64,000 nucleotides of DNA from Chrysomallon squamiferum. Lineage: Eukaryota; Animalia; Mollusca. Where the stretch lies: contig CM022670.1 in the NCBI GenBank assembly GCA_012295275.1, positions 7,688,001 to 7,752,000 of the forward strand, written 5' to 3'. The stretch's first letter is position 1. Each line of letters opens with the position of its first letter. A program made the position numbers and the translations under genes. The notes beneath the pieces were generated by a model. It was not told where the DNA came from and searched no databases. It was given only the letters and a program-made list of their open reading frames with translations. Of the stretch, positions 1 to 12,550 are shown piece after piece.

Positions 1-106
1 AAATAATAATAATAATAATAATAGTAATAATTTGTTTTTATATATTTGGTTGAAAATCAATACCATTGAAATGTTTTCCTGGACTAGCTGGTCAAAAAAA
101 AAAAAA

Positions 107-107
107 A

Positions 108-203
<96 letters not shown>
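107..203. repeat. (AAT)n microsatellite, representative of dozens of SSRs in the window
   Basis: Others include (ACAT)n 4103-4162, (AGAT/AGAC)n 9648-9838, (TTTTTA)n 15675-15806, (GT)n 20108-20156, 38841-38890 and 48029-48074, (CT)n 45898-45965, (AAT)/(ATT)n 47380-47590. Confidence 0.95.
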
Positions 204-205
<2 letters not shown>

Positions 206-310
206 ATAGACATATTTGAAAACAGAGCTGTATTAGACAGACAAATAGGAAAAGATACCTTTAGCTAATTCTTTTGAAAAATAGTATCAAATAGAAAACG
301 GCCCCTATGA

Positions 311-1798
311 TTACTGGGATGTTCCTCCAGCTTTGTCACCAATCTCTGAAACCGACCTGGCCGACGCGTCTACACAGTCTGTCACTTTCTTCGCTGATCC
401 TGATCTTTTAGATACATTAGCAGATGTTTCTAAAATATGGCTTACTTTCTGTGCCGTGTCCTTTACCTGTTGAAAAGAGATTGCGATAGTATTAACGTAT
501 TTATTTACAGCAGAAACAGCTGTGTTACATTACAAAAAGAATACAGCAGCTTAGTTACACGTTGTATCAGTACTGATAAACAAAACGTTTCCGATAATCA
601 TGATAGTTAGGACAAATTAAATGCAAGACTATAACAATACGTCCTGACATTTCCAACATCCTATCTTCACATCTTGAGACATCGCTGTAATCAACAGAAC
701 TATTTTTAATATTGAAGATTGTAATATCTACAGGTTTGTACATTGTCCTATTTTCTTTTCAGTGAATTAAGCAAAATCATTCTCCTTCAGTTATGATTGA
801 TTCTAAATGAGAACAGAGAAAAAAAAAAAAAAAATTGCACAAGGAAAAACCAGTGAGAAACGTTTACGGGGTAGTTTGTGTTCCACAGCCTCGTGTGCAT
901 AGAACTTGACTCAAAGACTGTATAATGAGACAAACTGTTACATTTAAGTCAAAAATATTGATGTAACAGATATCTCTTCTTAAAAACATAAACAAAGTTT
1001 CTTTACAAATGTTTGTTTTGATTGTGAAATCTATCATTTAATTTAAATTACCTGTTTACTGATTTTTTCTCCGTATCTGCACCAGTTGGCAAAGTGTTCG
1101 CAGTTGTTTGTAGCAACATGGTATTCACCAAACTTTCCCTTTCCAAGTTTTGATCTTGCTCTTTTAACGATTTCTTCACTGCTGAATGGACTATACGTAC
1201 AAGTAAGAAATTTAATTCTCAGTTTTAAGTGCTTTATAAATTGTTATACCTTACAGCCAGTTATAAACATCGTTATTGCTAAATATGTACATGAAAACAT
1301 TTGTGATTATTTATTCCTTTTATGTTCTGATTTCTGTTACAGGTTCTTTATTAAAATAATTGATTGAATTGCGATCGTTCAAAAACACGTAAATCTGTAT
1401 TACAATACTTTTAATACTTATTTGTGTATCTTTTTTAAAACTGTTCAAAAATCTAATATGAAATAAAATAATTTTTGACAATTACCTTTTCTTAAACTCA
1501 ATCTCGCACGATGACGTTTCACCTCTGACAGTTTCATAATCTTCTTCTGTAACACTGCTGTCAGTTGTAAAGTGAACAACCTTTCCATTTCCTAGGAAAT
1601 ATATATATATATATACATACATACAGAGATACATACATATATACACATGTGTGCTTATGTGTGTGCTTTTTAGAGGAGAGAGATATGCGTACATACGTAT
1701 AAAAAAAGAAATCGGTATAATGTAAACTTACCGACATAAACGGCAACATGTGAAAACATGCCGCGTGAAAATTTTATTATACATCCTGGTTCTTCCAT
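311..1798 (-). CDS. LRAT/PLAAT (HRASLS)-family phospholipase A/acyltransferase-like protein, array copy 1 (155 aa, 4 exons)
   Basis: Exons 1798-1732, 1591-1486, 1190-1052, 466-311; GT-AG introns, phases 1/2/0. MEEPGCIIKFSRGMFSHVAVYVGNGKVVHFTTDSSVTEEDYETVRGETSSCEIEFKKSPFSSEEIVKRARSKLGKGKFGEYHVATNNCEHFANWCRYGEKISKQVKDTAQKVSHILETSANVSKRSGSAKKVTDCVDASARSVSEIGDKAGGTSQ*. H17/H29/C88 correspond to the LRAT-domain H-box, second His and NCEHF. Confidence 0.9.
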
Positions 1799-2373
1799 TT
1801 TGGAATTTATTCTGGAATGCTTTCGAAGTTATCTCGAGAATAAAATGTATGATACACTCGGTATGTCAACGGCTTACTTTGAGATTTTAACCAACTGAAA
1901 TTCTTCCTGTTTCCTGAGAATAAAACTGAAGTGTCAAAGGTGAAAAATGGCAAAGCACGAATTTCTATTAATTTATTTATCTGTTTACTTATTTATTGAT
2001 TTATTTACTTATTAAACGATAGTGCAAATAAAAAAGTTGAAATTAAAGTAACAACATTTTAATTTTCCATTTATGAAGTAAACGTATTTTTTTGGAAACG
2101 CGCTTAACAAGGCACAAAGGTTTGGCCCTGAATACAATTAAAGTTCTCCCTCCCCATTGATTTTGTATTGTAGTCAAATGGAAGATTACCTACTTCTATA
2201 CGTCACTGTTTAGGTATCCACGTTAGACTATATTTATAGCCCGACCCACACTAACTTTTATCTATACATGTAGGTGTGTGTGGATATGTGTATCTATGTT
2301 TCTATGTATGTATATATGTTGTATGTGAGTGTGTATGTATGTGTTTATGTATTTGTATGTATATATGTGTGTC

Positions 2374-2416
<43 letters not shown>

Positions 2417-4821
2417 AACTATTTTTTGTTTTATTTTGTTTGTATTTTTGGTGTTTTTCTTGTTATTGTTTATTCGTTTTGCTGTTGTTATCATTGTTGT
2501 TGTTGTTGTTGTTTTTTAATTGAATATTCTTTTTGTATTTTGTCACGTATGTATATATGTATATGTATATATATATATAAGCACACACAGACACACATAT
2601 ATAGAACTGGATTTGTTAAATAATGTTTTTAATTTTTTTTTTCTGTAATAACAAGAAATACTTTATGTTATTTACCCTCTTTCATTTTAATATTATAATT
2701 TCACAATTTTAACTTATTTATATACTTTTTTCTAATAATTTATATTTCTATTTAAACTATTTGACAGTGTCTATTCAGCATGTCTAGAACAGCATACCAC
2801 ATAATTCAAACAAGCATTTTATCTTTTTTTAATCATGTGTATTATAATTTGACACAGTAATCGACAAAAATAACCAGCAAATGTTCATTGTTTTAGTAAG
2901 AATAAAACGTACAGCTGATTCTACATTATCATAAAACATAACTAACAAAACACTACGCCAGTTAATATAGTTGTTTTTTAATATTATTTTTGAACGTACC
3001 AAGTTTAATTTCGATTGTAATAAAATGTCTTTTTGTTGAACATTCAGTTATGGTTTGTTGGTTGTTGATATTATTTTAATAATTTATCTTATGTTATGAT
3101 TTCAATAGATTCTCTATAGTCATTAATGCGACCAGTTTTGTTCAGATGAACGCGTGAAATTTCAATAACGTAACCTCATTTAAAAAAATAATATAAATGT
3201 AAAACGATCCCGAAAAACGTCAATATACTAATTACTGCAGAGAAATGATTAACAGATAGATAGATAGTTACATAGATAGATGACATATAGATAGACAAAC
3301 AGACAGACAGATAGACAGATAGATAGATCTTTAACTGTTGAAATGGTTATGAATAATTGTGAGTCACTCTTTCGCTCCTTCGCTTCAAATATGTCTTTAC
3401 CTCTTTATCTGTCTTATTATTTGTCATTTCATTTTCATTTAGCTTTTAAGTTAACCCAGAATTCCTTTGCATGGAAGCAAATACATAGTGTGACTAAACT
3501 GACAACCTGTCTCGATACACCCACTGTGAAACCTCGCGCCCCATTTGCATGTGCTTAGCATTAGTGTAACTCAATGCATGCCAATTTTAGCTATAAAAGA
3601 GATGAGCATGATTAATTTTTTAAATAATAAAAAAGTACGGTACTAATTCGTTATTTAATTCTTAAATACATATATACATACACACACACCGGCCAATATA
3701 TTATTCATTTTTTTCTTTTATCAGAATCAACTACGGAGTAAATTAAAGTAATACAATTTAGAAGGAAGCTTTTTCTTTGTGTTTTTTCTAGCTGCACAGC
3801 TCTGAGATCAAAGGCCATTAGTTTGACCTCGAAAATTGTCAGCTGTTTATATTAGGCTCGTGTATTTCTCGAATATTGTCTTTTTGTTCATAGTTTATCG
3901 TGATCTCTTTGTTAAGCGGAATTGTCATATATCTCTCTATACAAGCATTTGTATTTATGTAACTGATATTCTGATATTCATGTGTCATAAACCGACTTTA
4001 TTCTACCAAAAACAACTTGTCAGATGTCACGAAGTTATATTTTATATTTATTTACAATAACTGAATATATTTTATTTTCTTAATAGAGTAAGGAAAATTA
4101 AAACATACATACATACATACATACATACATACATACATACATACATACATACATACATACATAGAGTCAGACAGACAGATATATACACATACAAACAGCG
4201 GTAGGTTAATAAATAGAAATGCAGAAATTTAAAATTATGTTTTTATGTTACTTTCTAGAATTACAAACCCATCTCCACAATTTGTATAGTGGCTTCTTTT
4301 TTATATGTATATACACCCACATACATATGTAGGCACATACACAAACACATACATAAATACATACACACACACACATATATATATACACATATATACGTAC
4401 ACATGCATACCCACACATATATGTACAGATATACACATACATATATCTACTCTACACATTTGTACTCCTAATAATGTCAGTTTAAATATTTAAATTATAT
4501 AAAGCACACACGATATTAATTTTAAATATTGTACAGTAAACTGCACAGTAATAGTGAAGCCAATATTTGCCTTCGTTTTAAATAATTAAACCATAATGGG
4601 TTTCTGAAACCATATATATTTTGATATTCAGACTAAAAATAACAACAATTACTACGTAAAAGCTGATTTTTTCAAAGACAATCGGAGAAAACTATCTCTC
4701 CGCTGTGATAATTATATCAATGATCCTACAGTTTTAGAAGTAAATCCTACGCTTGAAATCGCTGTATCTGGTCATATGTTGCTTGTGAAACCACTCATCC
4801 GTAGCTTCCATCGAAATGTGA

Positions 4822-5060
4822 TATTTACAGTATATTCTAACATTAAACATTGTGTCATCGTCATGTTTCTGTTTTGTCCTATCTATAGTATGTTCCAATA
4901 TTAAACATTGTATGTTTTTTGTGTTTGAATTTAGTCCTATCTACCGTATGTTCTAACATTAAAGACTGTATGATCTTCATATTTGTATTTTTTGTTATCT
5001 ACAGTATAGTCTAATATTAAACACTGCATGATCTTCATGTTTGTATATTTTCCTATTTTC
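4822..5060. repeat. ~58-bp VNTR (4 units) derived from PLAAT intron-3 sequence
   Basis: ATCTACAGTATATTCTAATATTAAACATTGTATGATCTTCATGTTTGTATTTTGTCCT-like units; 1 unit at ~10125, 2 units at ~30355-30470. Confidence 0.75.
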
Positions 5061-5116
5061 CTTCCAGTGAATCAAATAAAATCATTCTCATTCAATCATG
5101 AATACTTCTGAAGAGA

Positions 5117-5155
<39 letters not shown>

Positions 5156-5523
5156 GTAATAATAATAATAATAATGTGCCAAAGAAGAAAAAAGAAGAAG
5201 AAAAAGCAGTTCTAGAAGACAAAAAAACAATAAAAATGTTTGAATTGACAAGTGCGGTCAATATCCAGATTTCTGTTGATAACATTCAGTGGTGAACAGA
5301 GTGATGATATTCGTTGATATCTGAGGATAAACTTTGCCCTCCCCTCTTATGGACCACATTATGTGCCCAACCTGTCTCAGAGTATCGAGGCATTTATGAT
5401 CAGAAAAAATAATATCAGAAAACTTATCTGACAGATATTTTTAAAACCATATAAAAATAATTCTTTAAAAATGTCTAATTTCATTTTAGAGACTTTTTCT
5501 CTCTCACAGTTAGCTCAAATAAT

Positions 5524-5640
5524 TCTGCTCCTTTTACCATATCTACACCAGCAGTCAAAGTGCTCGCAGTTCTTTCAAGCTACATTGTATTTACCAAATA
5601 TTTTGTGTCCAACTTTTGATTTTGCTCTCTTCACAATTTC
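5524..5640 (-). pseudogene. PLAAT-like exon-3 remnant
   Basis: EIVKRAKSKVGHKIFGKYNVA*KNCEHFDCWCRYGKRSR; in-frame TGA at 5575-5577; no splice sites. A decayed exon-4 trace is present near 4690-4765. Confidence 0.85.
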
Positions 5641-6727
5641 ATTTGTTTTATTTGGTTAATTTAATTTTTGTTCTTTCTTTTTCATCTCTATTTTTTATTT
5701 TTATTTGTTCCTCTGTCTGTCTCTCACAGCGTCTGTCCTTTTCTCCGTCTTTCACTTTTCTAACGCAAAATGTTAAGTAAAATAATACTCTTTAGAAATG
5801 AAGTCGGTTTTATTTGCTATTTTTGAAAAAAAAAAAATAAATTAAAAAAAACCTGTTAACTTATTTTTATTTATTTACTTTTTATTTATCCAGATTTCCA
5901 AAGATAACGCTGTAAAAAATACATTACGTTAAAGTAGCGTCATTTTCCTTATTTTACTGGCAATCGTTTGTCACAGGTCACCAAGAATTGACCTCTTAAT
6001 GTAAATACATATCTCGTTTCCCTTTGTATTGCAGTTAACGGATAGCTACCTATTCTATACGTCGTTCTACTCCTCTAGTTTCTCTACATTAGGTTATAAT
6101 TCTTCGTTCCGGATCATAGAAATGCAGTGTTATTACCCTCCACACAGAGAGAACTATATTCACGTAGTCTGTCCATGTCTATATAAAATGAATGTATTTA
6201 TACATACATATATATATAAAATGTAAGAAAAAAATTTACCACAAATATCCACACATACATACTATTTAAAATGAATCAACAACTTTAAATATTGTAGTCA
6301 AATAATGTTTTATTCTTCGTCAGTTTAAACTTTTACATGGAACAATATTACTAGTCACTAAACCATTTTAACTTTTTTTATTCAAAATATTGTACAGTAA
6401 ACTGTACAGTAATTGTAAAGCCAGTACTTGACTTGGATTTAAACAGTTTGAAAAAAACAATGTTATGAATGGGAAAACACCGTTAACAAATGTGAGGAAT
6501 AGAGATTAAAAGGTATTCAATAAGCCTTTGTTAATTTCCCTAAAACATATATACAATACGACAAAACCTAGCTTGACCTAGCTTTAAACACACTGGTAGA
6601 AAAGAGTGTTATACATTACGATAAATCCTCATTTTCTCTAACACTTCAATATTTATATTAGCACAAAGAAACCAAACTAATAGAAAACGTCTACCTCAAA
6701 ACAAAAAAAAACAAAAAAATATGTTGA

Positions 6728-8234
6728 TTAAAGCAATATTTTGTGAGTAAAGAAAATTAAATTTAAAAAATCGAAACATTCTAGTTTGATCAAAAACGCG
6801 TCTACACAGTCTGTCATTTTCTTCGATGCTCCTGAACTTTTAGATACCTTAGCAGATGTTTCTAATATACCGCTTACTGTCTGTGCCGTGTCCTTTACCT
6901 GTTGAAAAAAGATTGCAATAGTATTAACGTATTTATTTACAGCAGAAACAGCTGTGTTAAATTAGAAAAAGAATACAGCAGCTTAGTTACACGTTGTATT
7001 AGTACTGATAAACAAAACGTTTCCGGTAATCATGATAGTTAGGACAAATTAAATGCAAGACTATAACAATACATCCTGACCTTTCTAACATCCTATCTTC
7101 ACATCTTGAGACATCGCTGTAATCAACAGAACTATTTTTAATATTGAAGATGGTAATATCTACATGTTTGTACATTGTCCTATTTTCTTTTTAGTGAATT
7201 AAGCAAAATCATTCTCCTTCAGTTATGACTGATTCTAAATGAGAACAGAGAGAAAAAATAATAATAAACCGCACAAGGAAAAACCAGTGAGAAACGTTTA
7301 CGGGGTAGTTTGTGTTCCACAGCCTCGTGTGCATAGAACTTGACTCAAAGAATACAGACTGTATAATGAGACAAACTGTTACATTTAAGTCAAAAATATT
7401 GATGTAACAGATATCTCTTCTTAAAAATATAAACAAAGTTTCTTTACAAATGTTTGTTTTGATTGTGAAATCTATCATTTAATTTAAATTACCTGTTTAC
7501 TGATTTTTTCACCGTATCTGCACCAGTTGGCAAAGTGTTCGCAGTTGTTTGTAGCAACATTGTATTCACCAAACTTTCTATTTCCAAGTTTTGATCTTGC
7601 TCTTTTAACGATTTCTTCACTGCTGAATGGACTATACGTACAAGTAAGAAATTTAATTCTCAGTTTTAAGTGCTTTATAAATTGTTATACCTTACAGCCA
7701 GTTATAAACATCGTTATTGCTAAATATGTACATGAAAACATTTGTGATTATTTATTCCTTTTATGTTCTGATTTCTGTTACAGATTCTTTATTAAAATAA
7801 TTGATTGAATTGCGATCGTTCAAAAACACGTAAATCTGTATTACAATACTTTTAATACTTATTTGTGTATCTCTTTTAAAACTGTTCAAAAATATATGAA
7901 ATAAAATAAATTTTGACAATTACCTTTTCTTAAAGTCAATCTCGCACGATGACGATTCACCTCTGACAGTTTTATAATCTTCTTCTGTAACACTGCTGTC
8001 ATTTGTTAAGTGAATGACCTTTCCATTTCCTAGAAAAAAAATATATATATACATACATACAGAGATACATACATATATACACATGTGTGCTTATGTGTGT
8101 GCTTTTTAGAGGAGAGAGATATGCGTACATACGTATAAAAAAAGAAATCGGTATAATGTAAACTTACCGACATAAACGGCAACATGTGAAAACATGTTCC
8201 GTGAAAATTTTATTATACATCCTGGTTCTTCCAT
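6728..8234 (-). CDS. LRAT/PLAAT-like protein, copy 2 (160 aa, altered C-terminus)
   Basis: Exons 8234-8168, 8029-7924, 7631-7493, 6898-6728, canonical splice sites. Motifs SHVAVYVG, KVIHL, NNCEHFANWCRYG. Exon 4 matches copy 1 for 34 codons, then continues in frame as FLIKLECFDFLNLIFFTHKILL*. Confidence 0.85.
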
Positions 8235-9957
8235 TTTGGAATTTATTCTGGAATGCTTTCGAAGTTATCTCGAGAATAAAATGTATGATACACGGCTTAC
8301 TTTGAGATTTTAACCAACTGAAATTCTTCCTGCTTCCTGAGAATAAAACTGAAGTGTCAAAGGTGAAAAATGACAAAGCACGAATTTCTATTAATTAATT
8401 AATTTATTTACTTATTTATTGATTTATTTACTTATTAAACGATAATGCAAATAAAAAAGTTGAAATTAAAGTAACAACATTTTAATTTTCCATTTATGAA
8501 GTAAACGTATTTTTTTGGAAACGCGCTTAACAAGGCACAAAGGTTTGGCCCTGAATACAATTAAAGTTCTCCCTCCCCATTGATTTTGTATTGTAGTCAA
8601 ATGGAAGATTACCTACTTCTATACGTCACTGTTTAGGTATCCACGTTAGACTATATTTATAGCCCGACCCACACTAACTTTTATCTATAGATGTAGGTGT
8701 GTGTGGATATGTGTATCTATGTTTCTATGTATGTATATATGTTGTATGTGTTTATGTATTTGTATGTATATATGTGTGTCTATATATATATATATACACA
8801 TACACACACACATACACATATATGTGTTTGTGTGTGTAACTATTTTTAGTTTTATTTTGTTTGTATTTTTGGTGTTTTTCTTGTTATTGTTTATTCGTTT
8901 TGCTGTTGTTATCATTGTAGTTGTTGTTGTTGTTTTTTAATTGAATATTCTTTTTGTATTTTGTATATATATATAAGCACACACAGACACACATATATAG
9001 AACTGGACTTGTTAAATAATGTTTTTAATTTTCTTTTCTGTAATAACAAGAAATACTTTATGTTATTTACCCTCTTTCATTTTAATATTATAATTTCACA
9101 ATTTTAACTTATTTATATACTTTTTTCTAATAATTTATATTTCTATTTAAACTATTTGACAGTGTCTATTCAGCATGTCTAGACCAGCATACCACATAAT
9201 TCAAACAAGCATTTTATCTTTTTTTAATCATCTGTATTATAATTTGACACAGTAATCGACAAAAATAACCAGCAAATGTTCATTGTTTTAGTAAGAAGAA
9301 AACTTACAGCTGATTCCACATTATTATAAAACATAATTAACAAAACACTACACCAGTTAATATAGTTATTGTTTAATATTATTTTTGAACGTACCAAGTT
9401 TAATTTTGATTGTAGTAAAATGTCTTTTTGTTGAACATTTAGTTATGGTTTGTTGGTTGTTGATATTATTTTAATAATTTATCTTATGTTATGATTTCAG
9501 TAGATTCTCTATAGTCATTAATGCGACCAGTTTTGTTCAGATGAACGCTGGAATTTCAATAACGTAACCTCATTTAAAAAAATGATATAAACGTAAAACG
9601 ATCCCGAAAAACGTCAATATACTAATTACTGCAGAGAAATGATTAACAGATAGATAGATAGTTACATAGATAGATAGACATATAGACAGACAAACTGACA
9701 GACAGATAGACAGACAAACAGACAGACAAACAGACAGACATATAGATAGACAAACAGACAGGCAGATAGACAGACAGACAGATAGATAGACAGATAGATA
9801 TACAGATAGATAGACAGATAGATAGACAGATAGATAGATCTTTAACTGTTGAAATGGTTATGAATAATTGTGAGTCACACTTTCGCTCCTTCGCTTCAAA
9901 TATGTCTTTATCTCTTTATCTGTCTTATTATTTGTCATTTCATTTTCATTTAGCTTT
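6796..9957 (+). repeat. Segmental duplication, direct copy of ~365-3447 (copy 1/copy 2 unit)
   Basis: Near-identical introns, promoter and upstream flank; differences mainly in microsatellite length and exons. Confidence 0.92.
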
Positions 9958-10596
9958 CAAATGTTTTTAAGAATAAGACATATATTGATAAATTAGCATC
10001 ATTTCTTCTTCCTCTTCTTCTTCTTCTTCTTGGCATTTATTGTATTATAATGAATGCACTCAGTGTATCTGGTAATATGTTGCTTGTCAAACCATTCGTG
10101 CGTAGCCTCTGTCGAAATGTGATATCTACAGTATATTCTAATATTAGAGATTGTATAATCTTCATGTTTGTATTTTGTCCTATTTTCTTTTTGTTGAATC
10201 AAATAAAATCTTTCTCATTCAGTAATGACTACTTCTGATCAGAAAAATTAGAAGAAAAAAAAGATAATAATAGTGTGCCAAAGAAGAGAAAAAGGAGAAA
10301 AATCAGTTGACAAAATTTTGTATTGGTAAATAGTGAATGACAAGCGAGGTCAGTATGTGGATTTCTTTTGATAACATTCAGTGGTAACAGACTGATGATA
10401 TTCGTTGATATTTGAGGATTAACTTTGCCGTCCCCTCTTATGGACAACATTATGTACCCGACCTGTCTCAGAGAATCGAGGCATTTATGATCAGAAAAAA
10501 TAATATCAGAAAACTTACCTGACATATATTTTTAAAAGTATATAAAAATTATTCAGTTTAAAGATTTTTTTCTCTCAGTTAGCTCGAATAACTCAT

Positions 10597-10721
10597 CTGC
10601 TTTCTGCTCTTTTTACCATATCTGCATCAGTCGTCAAAGTGTTCGCAGTTGTTTCAAGCAACATTGTATCTCCCAAACGTTTCTTCTTGCTCTCTTCACA
10701 ATTTCTTTTTTGCTGAATGCA
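10597..10721 (-). pseudogene. PLAAT-like exon-3 remnant
   Basis: AFSKKEIVKRAR / frameshift / FGRYNVA*NNCEHFDD*CRYGKKSRKQ; donor mutated to ATGAGT. Confidence 0.85.
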
Positions 10722-10869
10722 ATACAGATATCTGAATATATTGGTTAGAAACTTAATTATTAGTTTTATTTGTTTCATAAATTGTTATGCCTTAAAAACT
10801 AGTTACGAAACCATGTCCATTATTATTAGTATATCTTTTACAAGAAAAGGTTGATTATTATTATATATA

Positions 10870-11180
10870 CAGTGGTACCTTGACTTACGAGTTTAATTCG
10901 TTCCGTAACCGAGCTCGTATCTCAATTTGTTAGGATATCAAATCAATTTTCCCAACTGAAATTAACTGAAATATCATTAATCAACCCCATTTTTTAAATT
11001 ATTTATTTATATATTTATTTATTTATTTAATTATTTATTTTATTTTATTTTATTTTTATTTTTATTTTTTTGAAAATGTATTTATAAATGACAAATATTT
11101 AATAAAAACAAAATAAAATACAATGTAAAGAAATAAATTGGTTTTGTAAAGTGTATTTATCTTGAAGATCAGACAACTTG
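10870..11180 (+). mobile_element. Tc1/mariner (pogo/Tigger-like) non-autonomous element, left end
   Basis: TA|CAGTGGTACCTTGACTTACGAGTTTAATTCGTTCCG resembles pogo/Tigger-type TIRs after a TA target. No right TIR found, so the end coordinate is approximate. Confidence 0.55.
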
Positions 11181-11189
11181 TCACTGAAA

Positions 11190-11355
11190 ATCTGGCTCGA
11201 ATTGTGACTCAAACTCTGGCCAAAATGCTAGCTTACTCTGTGACTCAAACTTAGACACAAACTGTGACTAAAACTCTCGCCCTAATTCTGACTCAAGTTG
11301 TGCCTCACATTCTAGCTCAAACTGGAACTAAGATTCTGAACCTAGATCTGACTCC
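11190..11355. repeat. Degenerate ~12-bp minisatellite
   Basis: Repeated TGTGACTCAAAC / TCTGGCTCAAAC-like units. Confidence 0.6.
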
Positions 11356-11609
11356 ATTTTATTTTAAACTGAAACGAACATAAATTTGGCATGATATTTA
11401 TAAGTCTGAGAAAACGTCTCATAATTCTGTCAATTAGTCGTCTGCTCGTTTTCATACGTCACTTGATTTGATATGTTGTTGAAATCATTACTTTTTCCTC
11501 ATTCTTTAGAGATGAAGTCAGTTTTGTTTAGTACTTGTTTAAAAACTGTTCTCCTGCATTATTTTTATTTATTTACTTATTTGTTTATTTAGATTTCGAA
11601 ATGTACCCG

Positions 11610-12550
11610 GCAGAAAACTTATCTGACAGATATTCTTAAAAACATATAAAAATAATTCTTTAAAAATGTATAGTTTGATTTTAGAGATATTTTTTTTCTC
11701 TCTCACAGTTAGCTCAAATAATTCTGCTCCTTTTACCATATAACAGCTCTAAGTGCTCACAGTTGTTTCAACCTACATTGTATTTACCAAACATTTTATG
11801 TCCAACTTTTGATTTTGCTCTCTTCACAATTTCATTAGTTTTATTTGGTTAATTTTATTTTTGTTCTTTCTTTTTCATCTCTCTATTTTATTTTTATTTG
11901 TTCCTCTGTCTGTCTCTCACAGCGTCTGTCCTTTTCTCCGTCTTTCACTTTTCTAACGCAAAATGTTAAGTAAAATAATACTCTTTAGAAATGAAGTCAG
12001 TTTTATTTGCTATTTTTGAAAAAAAAAAAAAAAAAAAACAGCAAAAAAAACCCCTGTTAACTTATTTTTATTTATTTACTTTTTATTTATCCAGATTTCT
12101 AAAGATAACGTAAAAAATACATTACATTAAAGTAGCGTCATTTTCCTCATTTTACTGGCAATCGTTTGTCACAGGTCACCAAGAACTGACCTCTTAATGT
12201 AAATACATATCTCGTTTCCCTTTGTATTGCAGTTAACGGATAGCTACCTATTCTATACGTCATTCTACTCCTCTAGTTTCTCTACATTAGGTTATAATTC
12301 TTCGCTCCGGATCATAGAAATGCAGTGTTATTACCCTCCACACAGAGAGAGCTATATTCACGTAGTCTGTCTATGTCTATATAAAATGAATGTATTTATA
12401 CATACATATATATATAAAATGTAACAAAAAAAATATATAAATAAATGAAACAAATCATAATAAAAACATACACATAACATTTAAAATCAATCAACAACTT
12501 TAAATACTGTAGTCAACTAATGTTTTATTCAATGTCGGTTTAAACTTTTA
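11610..12550 (+). repeat. Segmental duplication, direct copy of ~5420-6340
   Basis: Near-identical sequence including the pseudo-exon 3; twin spurious ORFs at 6029 and 12227. Confidence 0.9.
11723..11833 (-). pseudogene. PLAAT-like exon-3 remnant (duplicate of 5524-5640)
   Basis: EIVKRAKSKVGHKMFGKYNVG*NNCEHL...; same TGA position; lies in a block duplicated from ~5420-6340. Confidence 0.8.

Noticed and set aside
1086-1367. Repeated plus-strand ORFs 'MAKCSQLFVAT...' (1086, 7527, 14009, 32637)
   Set aside because: Antisense shadows of PLAAT exon 3 plus intron 2; TTG start; recurrence explained by duplication.
1812-1876. 5' UTR intron in PLAAT copies 1/2 (AAA|GTAAGC...TTCCAG)
   Set aside because: The donor is absent in copies 3-5 and the intron would be very short; unsupported without RNA data.
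2274-2623. Many Cys/Val/Tyr/His/Ile/Leu/Asn-rich ORFs (e.g. 2274, 4289, 5098, 15558, 34514, 47270, 55741)
   Set aside because: Translations of (GT)n, (AT)n, (ACAT)n and (AAT)n microsatellites.
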